Positions 26,921-34,934 of a stretch of 63,221 nt of DNA are shown here, one piece after another. A program made the position numbers and the translations under genes. Below the pieces are notes generated by a model that saw only the letters and a program-made list of their open reading frames with translations, ran no database searches and was not told the DNA's origin. The DNA lies in the NCBI GenBank assembly GCA_963623095.1, contig CAVFKD010000003.1:2740-65960 (forward strand), written 5' to 3'. The number at the start of each line of letters is the position of its first letter. The stretch's first letter is position 1. The DNA comes from a bacterium. GTDB taxonomy: Bacteria; Bacillota_I; Bacilli_A; RFN20; CAG-449.

Positions 26921-27760
26921 ATGTATTTTATACTAAATTTAATCACTGCAGCAGTAGCGACATTTTGTACCGTCTACTTTAACAATCTTATAACTGAACC
27001 TTATAAGATCTATGTTATTTTTGTGTACTTTATTGCATTTTTAGCTCTTGCAATTGTTTTAACTTTCATCTTATTCTTCTTATTTGGCTGCAGTTTTAAA
27101 TTTAAAACAGACTTCGTAGAAAAAGATAATAAATTCTATCGTGTCATCATGGATTATGGATTCCAATATTTTGCATTTATGTCTCGAGTTAAAATTCATT
27201 TCCCTGATAAAAAGCAACTTCCAAAAGATAAAAGATTTATTCTTATTTGCAACCATCGTTCTAATTTTGATCCAATGGTAATTTCTTCTTCCTTAATTGG
27301 TTATCAATTATCATGGATTGCAAAAAGATCAATATTTAAAGTCCCAGGCATTAATAAATACATGCACAAATGTTGCTATATGCCAATTGATAGAGATGAT
27401 ATAAGACAATCCATCAGCGTTATTAAACAAGCTAGTAAATATATTAATGATGATATTTGTTCAGTTGGTGTCTTCCCAGAAGGACATAGAAATAAAACTG
27501 ATGACTTATTACTTGAATTAAAACCAGGTGTATTAAAAATAGCATTTATGACTAAAGCACCTATTTATGTTATTACTGCGATTAATACAGATACTGTAAG
27601 AAAGAATTTCCCTTTAAAAAGAACACATGTCTATATCAATCTCGCGGCAAAATTAGAATATGAAGATTATAAAGATTTAAAGACAGTTGGTTTAACTGAA
27701 AAGGTTGAAAAAATTATGCGTGAATCTTTACAAAATCAATACGCGGAGCATAAAAAGTAA
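26921..27760 (+). CDS. plsC: 1-acyl-sn-glycerol-3-phosphate acyltransferase
   Basis: HX4D motif NHRSNFDP and FPEGHR, with two N-terminal TM segments. Confidence 0.85.
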   Translation: MYFILNLITAAVATFCTVYFNNLITEPYKIYVIFVYFIAFLALAIVLTFILFFLFGCSFKFKTDFVEKDNKFYRVIMDYGFQYFAFMSRVKIHFPDKKQLPKDKRFILICNHRSNFDPMVISSSLIGYQLSWIAKRSIFKVPGINKYMHKCCYMPIDRDDIRQSISVIKQASKYINDDICSVGVFPEGHRNKTDDLLLELKPGVLKIAFMTKAPIYVITAINTDTVRKNFPLKRTHVYINLAAKLEYEDYKDLKTVGLTEKVEKIMRESLQNQYAEHKK

Positions 27761-27761
27761 T

Positions 27762-28307
27762 ATGGATAAGAAAGAAAAATTATTAGAAAAGAACCATGTA
27801 TTCAAAGGTAATATCATTGATGTTTATCAAGATAAAGTCCTTTGTCCAAATGGCAATGTTTCAACTCGTGATTTAGTTTTAAGAGGAGAAGCGTGCGCGG
27901 TAATTGCTTTTATCGATGGCAAATTAATTTTAGAAAAGCAATATCGTTATCCTTACGATCAAGAAATTATTGAAATTCCTGCCGGAAAAATGGAAGAGAA
28001 TGAAGATGGTGCGACTTGCGCTTTAAGAGAATTTGAAGAAGAAACAGGATATAAAGCAAATAACATTGTTTATTTAGGTACTATTTATCCTAGCGTTGCT
28101 TTTGTTAAAGAAACTATTCATATTTATTACGCATATGATTTAGTTAAAACACAAACTCATCTAGATGAAAATGAATTTATCGATATTTATTTAGATTCCA
28201 TTGAACATGTCGAAGAACAAATTCTTAACGCAGAAATTGTTGATGCAAAGACAATCGCAGGAATTTATATGTATAAAATTTATAAGTCAAAACATAGTAT
28301 GAAGTAA
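27762..28307 (+). CDS. NUDIX hydrolase, ADP-ribose pyrophosphatase-like
   Basis: Nudix box GKMEENEDGATCALREFEEETGY. I prefer ATG 27762 (MDKKEKLL), 2 nt after the plsC stop, over the track start 27705 inside plsC. Confidence 0.8.
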   Translation: MDKKEKLLEKNHVFKGNIIDVYQDKVLCPNGNVSTRDLVLRGEACAVIAFIDGKLILEKQYRYPYDQEIIEIPAGKMEENEDGATCALREFEEETGYKANNIVYLGTIYPSVAFVKETIHIYYAYDLVKTQTHLDENEFIDIYLDSIEHVEEQILNAEIVDAKTIAGIYMYKIYKSKHSMK

Positions 28308-28325
28308 AATTCATACTTTTTATTT
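28296..28325 (+). terminator. rho-independent terminator
   Basis: 8-bp stem AGTATGAA / TTCATACT (28296-28303 / 28310-28317) followed by TTTTTATTTT. The stop codon sits in the loop. Confidence 0.7.
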
Positions 28326-28342
28326 TATATTAAATAAAATAA

Positions 28343-28351
28343 TGCTATAAT
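28343..28351 (+). promoter_or_regulatory. extended -10 box (TGCTATAAT) upstream of gpmI
   Basis: TGnTATAAT match 29 nt upstream of the ATG. Confidence 0.45.
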
Positions 28352-28379
28352 GAGAAACGGTTAAAGGAGATAATTATAT

Positions 28380-29954
28380 ATGTCAAAACCAATTTTATTA
28401 GTTATTATGGATGGTGTCGGCTTTTCAAAGACTGGCTTAGGTGATGCAGTCTCAATGGCACATACACCAAATTTAGATTATTTTTTAAAGACTTATCCTA
28501 ATTGCCGTTTAAAGGCACATGGTCCTGCGGTAGGTTTACCAAGTGATGATGATATGGGTAACTCAGAAGTTGGACATAACGCATTAGGTTGTGGCCAAAT
28601 TTATTCTCAAGGTGCAAAACTTGTTAATGAATCAATTCAATCCGGTAAGATTTATTCTTCAACTGCTTGGAAAGAAGAAATTGACAATGTCAAAGCAAAT
28701 AATTCAACATTACATTTCTTAGGCTTATTAAGTGATGGTAATGTTCATTCAAACATTTCACATTTAATCGCAATGATTAAAGAAGCAAAAGCTGAAGGCG
28801 TTAAAAAAGTTAGAGTACACGTCTTATTAGATGGAAGAGATGTTCCTGCGACAAGTGCTTTAGTTTATGTTAGCCAACTTGAAGAAGTATTAACTTCATT
28901 AAATGATGCAACATTTGATGCACGTATTGCTTCTGGCGGCGGTAGAATGAAAATTACAATGGACCGTTATCAAGCAAACTGGGGTATGGTTGAAGAAGGA
29001 TGGCACGCACACGTATTAGGTGATGCAAGAAAATTCAATTCAACTACTGAAGCTGTTGAAACATTTAGAAATGAAATTCCTGGTATTATTGACCAAGATT
29101 TACCAGCGTTCGTCGTTTGTGAAAATAACGAACCTGTAGGTAAAGTTATTGATCATGATTCAGTAATCTTATTCAACTTCAGAGGCGATAGAGCTATTGA
29201 AATTTCTATGGCTTTTGATGATAAAGACTTTAATAAATTTGATAGAGTATTCTATCCAGATGTTTGTTATGCTGGATTATTACAATATGATGGAGATTTA
29301 AAACTTCCAAAGAGATTCTTAGTTAATCCTCCAGAAATCAAACATACATTAACAGAATTATGCGTTGCGAATAACATCAATGAATTTGCAATTTCAGAAA
29401 CACAAAAATATGGTCACGTAACATATTTCTGGAACGGTAATAAATCTGGCAAATTCTCTGAAGAATTAGAAACATATATGGAAATTCCATCTGATAATGT
29501 TTCATTCGATCAAAGACCTTGGATGAAATCCGCACAAATTACTGATGAAGTAATTAAAGCAATGGAAGGACATAAATATCAATTCATTAGATTAAATTAT
29601 CCTAATGGTGATATGGTTGGCCACACAGGTAGCTTAGATGCAACAATTACTGCGATGGAAGCTGTTGATCTTGGTTTAGCAAGACTTTGGAAAGTCGCTA
29701 AAAAAGAAGGCTATACAATGCTTGTAACTGCAGACCATGGTAACGCAGATGAAATGCTTGAAAAGAATAAAAAAGGTCAAATCCAAGTTAGAACTGCTCA
29801 CTCATTAAACCCTGTACCATTTATCATTGTTGATGATGATATCAAAGTTGAAATGAAAGAAGGTAACTTCGGTCTTGCAAACGTCGCTCCAACAGTTGCT
29901 AAATTATTAAATTTAGAAGCACCAGATTGTTGGGAAGAATCAATTATTAAATAA
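28380..29954 (+). CDS. gpmI: 2,3-bisphosphoglycerate-independent phosphoglycerate mutase
   Basis: [34 protein letters not shown] and TADHGNA motifs, 524 aa. RBS AAAGGAG. Confidence 0.93.
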   Translation: [524 protein letters not shown]

Positions 29955-29967
29955 TTAAAAATATTTT

Positions 29968-29993
29968 AGAGTAGCCGTGAGGTTACTCTTTTT
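29968..29993 (+). terminator. rho-independent terminator
   Basis: Stem AGAGTAGCC / GGTTACTCT with loop GTGA, followed by a T-run. Confidence 0.75.
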
Positions 29994-30004
29994 AAGGAGA
30001 GAAT

Positions 30005-31201
30005 ATGAAACAAGAACTTATTATGGTTCGCTTTGGTGAATTATCTACTAAAGGTAAAAATAAAATTGATTTTATTTATAAACTAGCAGATAACATCAAA
30101 AGAACATTAAAGAAATTTAAAAATTTAAAATATGAAATTCGTAAAGATCATATTTATATTCATTTAAACGATGAACCTTATGAAGAAATTGAACCATTAT
30201 TAAAACAAGTATCTGGTTTAAGTAGTTTCTCTTTAGTTTATAAAGTAGAAAATGACATCGAAAAGATGAAAGAAGCTTGTTTAAAATTAGCAATAGATGA
30301 AAACAAGAATACTTTTAAAATGAAAGCAAAAAGAGCGGAAAAAGCTTTCCCTATGATTTCTGATGAAATTAATAGAGAAATTGCCGGTTACATTTTAAAA
30401 AATACATCTTATAAAGTCGATGTTCATAATCCTGAATTAACAATTGCTTTAACAGTTAGACAAAATGAAACTTATATCTATACTTCTCAAGTAGAAGGAG
30501 CAGGTGGTTATCCTTTAGGTATTGCAGGAAAAGGATTAATGATGATGTCTGGTGGCATTGATTCTCCAGTCGCAGCATATTTAATGATGAAACGCGGTAT
30601 TAAGATAGAAGCAATCCACTTTGCTTCTCCTCCATATACTAATGAAGGCGTTATTACTAAAATTACTGATTTATGCAAAGTTTTAGCAAAATACCAAGGC
30701 GAAATCAAAGTATACATTGTTCCATTTACTACATTACAAGAACAAATATATAAATACGCTCGTGAATCATATGCAATTACTATTATGAGAAGAATGATGT
30801 ATCGTATCACCGAAAGAGTAGCGAACCATCATAATGATTTAGTTATCGCAAATGGTGAATCAATCGGACAAGTTGCTTCTCAAACTTTAAAGAGCATGCA
30901 ACAAATTGAAAATGTTGTTTCTTTACCAGTTATTAGACCTTTAGCGATCTTTGATAAAGTAGAGATTATTAAAATTGCAAGAAACATTGGAACATATGAT
31001 ATTTCCATTCGTCCATTTGAAGATTGTTGTACTATCTTTGATCCAAAAAATCCAACAACTCAACCTCAAGAAAAGAAGATTAAAGAAATTGAAGAATCAT
31101 TTGATTATGAATCTTTAATCAAAGATTGTATCTCTAATATTAAAGTTATTAGAGTTGATGAAGATTATTCACCAGTTGAAGAAAATTCTGATTTATTCTA
31201 A
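30005..31201 (+). CDS. thiI: tRNA 4-thiouridine(8) synthase ThiI
   Basis: THUMP-type N-terminus and PP-loop SGGIDSPVA, 398 aa. No rhodanese domain. Confidence 0.92.
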   Translation: MKQELIMVRFGELSTKGKNKIDFIYKLADNIKRTLKKFKNLKYEIRKDHIYIHLNDEPYEEIEPLLKQVSGLSSFSLVYKVENDIEKMKEACLKLAIDENKNTFKMKAKRAEKAFPMISDEINREIAGYILKNTSYKVDVHNPELTIALTVRQNETYIYTSQVEGAGGYPLGIAGKGLMMMSGGIDSPVAAYLMMKRGIKIEAIHFASPPYTNEGVITKITDLCKVLAKYQGEIKVYIVPFTTLQEQIYKYARESYAITIMRRMMYRITERVANHHNDLVIANGESIGQVASQTLKSMQQIENVVSLPVIRPLAIFDKVEIIKIARNIGTYDISIRPFEDCCTIFDPKNPTTQPQEKKIKEIEESFDYESLIKDCISNIKVIRVDEDYSPVEENSDLF

Positions 31202-31205
31202 TATT

Positions 31206-31227
31206 AGCTCACGAAAGTGAGCTTTTT
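31206..31227 (+). terminator. rho-independent terminator of thiI
   Basis: Stem AGCTCAC / GTGAGCT with GAAA loop, followed by TTTTT. Confidence 0.8.
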
Positions 31228-31234
31228 AAATGCA

Positions 31235-31264
31235 ACAAAAAAACGCATCTTAATGATGCGTTTT
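31235..31264 (-). terminator. rho-independent terminator of rplT
   Basis: Stem AACGCATC / GATGCGTT (31242-31249 / 31255-31262) with a T7 run on the minus strand. Confidence 0.8.
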
Positions 31265-31279
31265 AATATTAAATCTTAA

Positions 31280-31636
31280 CTATTTAGCTAATGCTTTTTT
31301 AGCTGTTTCAACTAATTTAGCGAAACCAGCTTCGTCTGTGATTGCCATTTCAGATAACATTTTTCTGTTGATGTTAATGTTAGCTAATTTTAAGCCGTGC
31401 ATTAATGTTGAATATGACATATCGTAATTACGTGCTGCAGCGTTAATTCTGACAATCCATAATTTTCTGTAGTCTGATTTTCTCTTTCTACGTGATACAT
31501 AAGCATAGTGTAATGAGTGAATTACTTGTTCATTAGCAGTTTTAAATAATGTGTGTTTTGAACCGAAGTAACCTTTAGCTCTTTTTAAGACTTTTTTTCT
31601 TCTTGCGTGTGTTGTTGTTCCACCTTTTACTCTCAT
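31280..31636 (-). CDS. rplT: 50S ribosomal protein L20
   Basis: [28 protein letters not shown] is a canonical L20 N-terminus. Confidence 0.97.
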   Translation of the reverse strand: MRVKGGTTTHARRKKVLKRAKGYFGSKHTLFKTANEQVIHSLHYAYVSRRKRKSDYRKLWIVRINAAARNYDMSYSTLMHGLKLANININRKMLSEMAITDEAGFAKLVETAKKALAK

Positions 31637-31648
31637 GTTCTTAACCTC

Positions 31649-31843
31649 CTACTTTTGAATTAAAATTCTTACTCTCTTGTAATCTGACTTTGAAAGAGTA
31701 TTTGGCATTCTTAAATGTCTTTTTTGTTTTTGTGATTTGTTATGGCTTAAATGGGAAACGTGTGAGTGATAAATTTTAACCTTTCCTGAGCCTGTGACTT
31801 TCATTCTTTTTAAAAGTGCACGTTTTGATTTCATTTTTGGCAT
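31649..31843 (-). CDS. rpmI: 50S ribosomal protein L35
   Basis: MPKMKSKRALLKRMKVTGSGKV is canonical L35. Confidence 0.95.
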   Translation of the reverse strand: MPKMKSKRALLKRMKVTGSGKVKIYHSHVSHLSHNKSQKQKRHLRMPNTLSKSDYKRVRILIQK

Positions 31844-31855
31844 GATTTTGTCCTC

Positions 31856-32416
31856 CTATTTTTTAATTTTTGATGCTAAAACGCAATATAAGATTTTTCC
31901 TTCTAGCTTTGGTTCTTTTTCAACGTTAGAAAGTTCCTTAAGGCTATCAATGAAACGATTCATTACTTCTAGACCTACTTCGGTATGAGTTAGTTGTCTA
32001 CCTCTGAAACGTAATGTAACTTTGATCTTGTCACCAGCATTTAAAATTTTAGTTGCTTGATTGACTCTTGTATCAAAATCATGGATACCGATAACAGGTG
32101 AGAGTTGAATTTCTTTGATAGAAATTGTTTTAGCTTTTTGAGCTTTCTTCATGTCGTGAGCTTTCTTTTGTTGTTCGAAGCGATATTTACCATAGTTTAA
32201 GATTTTACATACTGGTGGGTTTGCTTCTTTTGCGACACATACTAAATCTAATGAATATGTTTCTGCAAGTTGAATCGCTCTTAATCTTGGCATAACTCCT
32301 AATGATTCGCCATCAGGGCCAATGACACGGACGTTAGGGAAACGGATATCTCCATTTACTAAGTCATCCCCGTTACGATTATTACGTGGATTTGGTCTTT
32401 CGTTTGAGTAAATAAT
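31856..32416 (-). CDS. infC: translation initiation factor IF-3, ATT start codon
   Basis: The frame stays open 41 codons upstream of the track ATG (32293): IIYSNERPNPRNNRNGDDLVNGDIRFPNVRVIGPDGESLGV-MPRLRAIQLA. ATT 32416 lies 8 nt after GGAGG (32429-32425). The conserved IF-3 N-domain needs this extension. Confidence 0.88.
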   Translation of the reverse strand: MIYSNERPNPRNNRNGDDLVNGDIRFPNVRVIGPDGESLGVMPRLRAIQLAETYSLDLVCVAKEANPPVCKILNYGKYRFEQQKKAHDMKKAQKAKTISIKEIQLSPVIGIHDFDTRVNQATKILNAGDKIKVTLRFRGRQLTHTEVGLEVMNRFIDSLKELSNVEKEPKLEGKILYCVLASKIKK

Positions 32417-32429
32417 AACTGAATCCTCC

Positions 32430-32570
32430 TATATAAAATAAAATGGGCACAGAATCCTGCGCCCATCAATATTACATATCAGATATATGTAGCAATTTAC
32501 CAATTCGACTTAGTCAAATCTGGTGAGAAGTCTAGGCGCCTCTTCTTTCCACAAATTTATTTGCGTTTCA
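32430..32570 (-). promoter_or_regulatory. infC-rpmI-rplT leader with intrinsic attenuator (L20-leader type)
   Basis: About 140-nt leader between the promoter and the infC RBS. The minus-strand hairpin ATGGGCGCAG-GATT-CTGTGCCCAT (32466-32443) is followed by TTTATTTTAT. Position and layout match the Firmicutes L20 leader. Confidence 0.6.
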
Positions 32571-32599
32571 ATAATAAAGCAATATTTCCTTATAGTCAA
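32571..32599 (-). promoter_or_regulatory. sigma-A-type promoter of the infC operon
   Basis: Minus strand TTGACT (32599-32594), 17-nt spacer, TATTAT (32576-32571). Confidence 0.55.
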
Positions 32600-32723
32600 C
32601 TAAAATTTTTAAATATTTGAAGAAAATTGAAATTAGTTAACTATCTTTATTTATAAAAGGTAAATTGACTTTTTTTATAATTTTCCTATCTAGCGTAAAT
32701 TTATTATATATGTTAATATATAT

Positions 32724-32915
32724 GTGTCTAGGGGTTTATGCGTTTCCTACATATTAAATTCCGGGAATCTTTTATATAATTCTTCATGAAGTTGAAGGCC
32801 GTTGGTCTAGGTAACGCTATATGCTTATCTATTCATCTAACTTCGGAATCCGGAAGTGAAGAACAAGATGCCCACCTGTAACTAAGGAATATTCCTTGAC
32901 CCTAGATACTTTTTT
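32724..32915 (+). other. unclassified about 190-nt structured RNA element / leader upstream of tkt
   Basis: A 10-bp closing helix (32724-32733 with 32900-32909) is followed by T6 and then the tkt SD. Four further nested helices and mutually exclusive TTCCT/AGGAA pairings lie inside (see findings). Confidence 0.4.
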
Positions 32916-32927
32916 ATTGGAGGATTT

Positions 32928-34895
32928 ATGACAAAAGACAATTTATGTATTGCAGCGATTAGATCGTTATGTATTGATGGAATTAATAAAGCTAATTCTG
33001 GCCATCCTGGTATGGCATTAGGAAGTGCACCTATTCTATATACATTATTTACAAAACATTTTAATGCAGATCCAACTCATCCTGAATGGATCAATAGAGA
33101 TAGATTTGTTTTATCCGCGGGTCATGCTTCAATGCTTTTATATACAATGTTACATTTATGTGGCTATGGACTAACAATAGATGATTTAAAACAATTTAGA
33201 CAACTAAATTCTTTAACTCCAGGTCATCCAGAAGTAGGTTTAACCAAAGGTGTTGATGCTTCTGCAGGCCCATTAGGACAAGGTATTGCTCAAGGTGTTG
33301 GTTTCGCTATGGCGGAAGCTTCATTACAAGGAATCTATGAAAGTGGTTATCGCTTCATGAATCATTACACATACGTTTTATGTGGTGATGGTTGTTTACA
33401 AGAAGGTATTTCACAAGAAGCAATTTCATTCGCTGGATTACAAAAATTAAATAAATTAATTTTATTCTATGATGCAAATAATGTAACTCTTGATGGAGGA
33501 CTTGATATGTCTTTCAATGAAGATGTTAAAAAGAGATTTATTGCATCTAATTGGAATGTTATCGAAGTAAAAGATGGAAATTCTGTAACTGATATTGATA
33601 AAGCTATTAAGAAAGCTAAAAAATCAACTGAAAAACCAACATTAATTATGGTTCATACAGTTATTGGATATGGTTCTTCTAACGCAGGTACTTCTAAAGT
33701 ACATGGTGCACCTTTAGGTGAAGAAGATGGTAAAAAAGCAAAATTATCATATGGTTATGATTATCCAGATTTCTTTGTACCTCAAGAAGTTTATGATGTA
33801 TTTAAGAATACATTTATCAAACGTGGTAAAAAAGCATATAAGACATGGAATACATATTTCGATGCTTATAAACGTGATTTCCCTGAAGAAGCAAGTAAAT
33901 TTGAAGCAACTAAAGATAATGATGTTAAAACATTTGTCTTTGATAAAGGACCATATATTGAACCAGGAACAAAAGATGCAACTAGAAATTCTTCTCAAAC
34001 AATCTTAAATCTTTTACATCAATCTGTATTCAATTTAATTGGTGGATGTGCCGATGTTGCAGGCAGTGTTAAAACAAAGATTAAAGGTGGAGTTGATTTT
34101 ACTCCTGCAACTAGAGAAGGAAGAAATGTCAACTTTGGTATTAGAGAATTTGCAATGGCATCTATTCAAAATGGTATGTTATTACATGGTGGATTAAGAA
34201 CTTATACAGGATGTTTCTTAGTCTTCTCAGATTATTTAAAACCTGCAATTAGAATGGCATCTTTAAGCCATATACCTGCAATTTATTTATTCTCTCATGA
34301 CTCAATCGCAGTTGGTGAAGATGGACCTACACATCAACCAATTGAACAATTAGCGATGTTAAGATCTATCCCACATAACTATGTATATAGACCTTGTGAT
34401 ACAAATGAAGTCGCTGCTAGCTGGAAGTTAGCTTTAGAAACTACTTCTCATCCATCTTGTTTAATTTTATCAAGACAAAACTTACCTTTAATTGAAGGTT
34501 CAAGAAGTGATGATGTTTATAAAGGTGGTTATGTTATTTCTAAAGAAAGAGGTGCAAAACCTGATTTCACTTTAATCGCAACTGGTAGTGAAGTATCTTT
34601 AGCGATCGAAGCACAAGAAAAATTATTAAAACAAAATATTGATGTTAGAGTAGTATCTATGCCTTGCCAAGAATTATTCTTAGATCAAGATGCATCATAT
34701 ATTAAAGATGTATTAGGAAACGAATATTCAAAACGTATGTCAATCGAAATGCTTTCAACATTCGGATGGCAAAGATTCGCTCCTCATACAATGGGTATTG
34801 ATATATTTGGTAAATCAGCACCTGCAAAAGATGTAATTAACGATTATAATTTTACATCTGATGAAATTGTAAGAAGAGTACTTGAAGTTTTATAG
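32928..34895 (+). CDS. tkt: transketolase
   Basis: SGHPGMALG, GDGCLQEG and GEDGPTHQP motifs, 655 aa. RBS GGAGGA. Confidence 0.95.
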   Translation: MTKDNLCIAAIRSLCIDGINKANSGHPGMALGSAPILYTLFTKHFNADPTHPEWINRDRFVLSAGHASMLLYTMLHLCGYGLTIDDLKQFRQLNSLTPGHPEVGLTKGVDASAGPLGQGIAQGVGFAMAEASLQGIYESGYRFMNHYTYVLCGDGCLQEGISQEAISFAGLQKLNKLILFYDANNVTLDGGLDMSFNEDVKKRFIASNWNVIEVKDGNSVTDIDKAIKKAKKSTEKPTLIMVHTVIGYGSSNAGTSKVHGAPLGEEDGKKAKLSYGYDYPDFFVPQEVYDVFKNTFIKRGKKAYKTWNTYFDAYKRDFPEEASKFEATKDNDVKTFVFDKGPYIEPGTKDATRNSSQTILNLLHQSVFNLIGGCADVAGSVKTKIKGGVDFTPATREGRNVNFGIREFAMASIQNGMLLHGGLRTYTGCFLVFSDYLKPAIRMASLSHIPAIYLFSHDSIAVGEDGPTHQPIEQLAMLRSIPHNYVYRPCDTNEVAASWKLALETTSHPSCLILSRQNLPLIEGSRSDDVYKGGYVISKERGAKPDFTLIATGSEVSLAIEAQEKLLKQNIDVRVVSMPCQELFLDQDASYIKDVLGNEYSKRMSIEMLSTFGWQRFAPHTMGIDIFGKSAPAKDVINDYNFTSDEIVRRVLEVL

Positions 34896-34900
34896 AAAAT

Positions 34901-34934
34901 AAAAATGTTTGAGTTTTAAAGCTCAAACATTTTT
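34901..34934. terminator. bidirectional rho-independent terminator
   Basis: Stem ATGTTTGAG / CTCAAACAT (34905-34913 / 34922-34930) extended by A:T pairs, with a T-run after it. Confidence 0.8.

Noticed and set aside
32786-32881. 31-codon ORF (MKLKAVGLGNAICLSIHLTSESGSEEQDAHL) inside the tkt leader as a leader peptide
   Set aside because: There is no SD upstream of its ATG and no enrichment for a particular regulatory amino acid. It is more likely a chance ORF within structured RNA.
32724-32915. Identifying the tkt leader as a TPP riboswitch, T-box, SRP RNA, 6S RNA or ykkC-type riboswitch
   Set aside because: It has no CUGAGA / ACCUGAUCUGGAUAAUGCCAGCG TPP boxes and no T-box GGGUGGUACCGCG. The GGAA-containing segment (UCCGGAAGUGAAGAAC) only superficially resembles SRP helix 8 and lacks AGCAGC. 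Resemblance to CUAGGGUUCCG / GGUCCGAGAG of ykkC is partial. 6S cannot be excluded, but the loop geometry is not typical. It is left unclassified.
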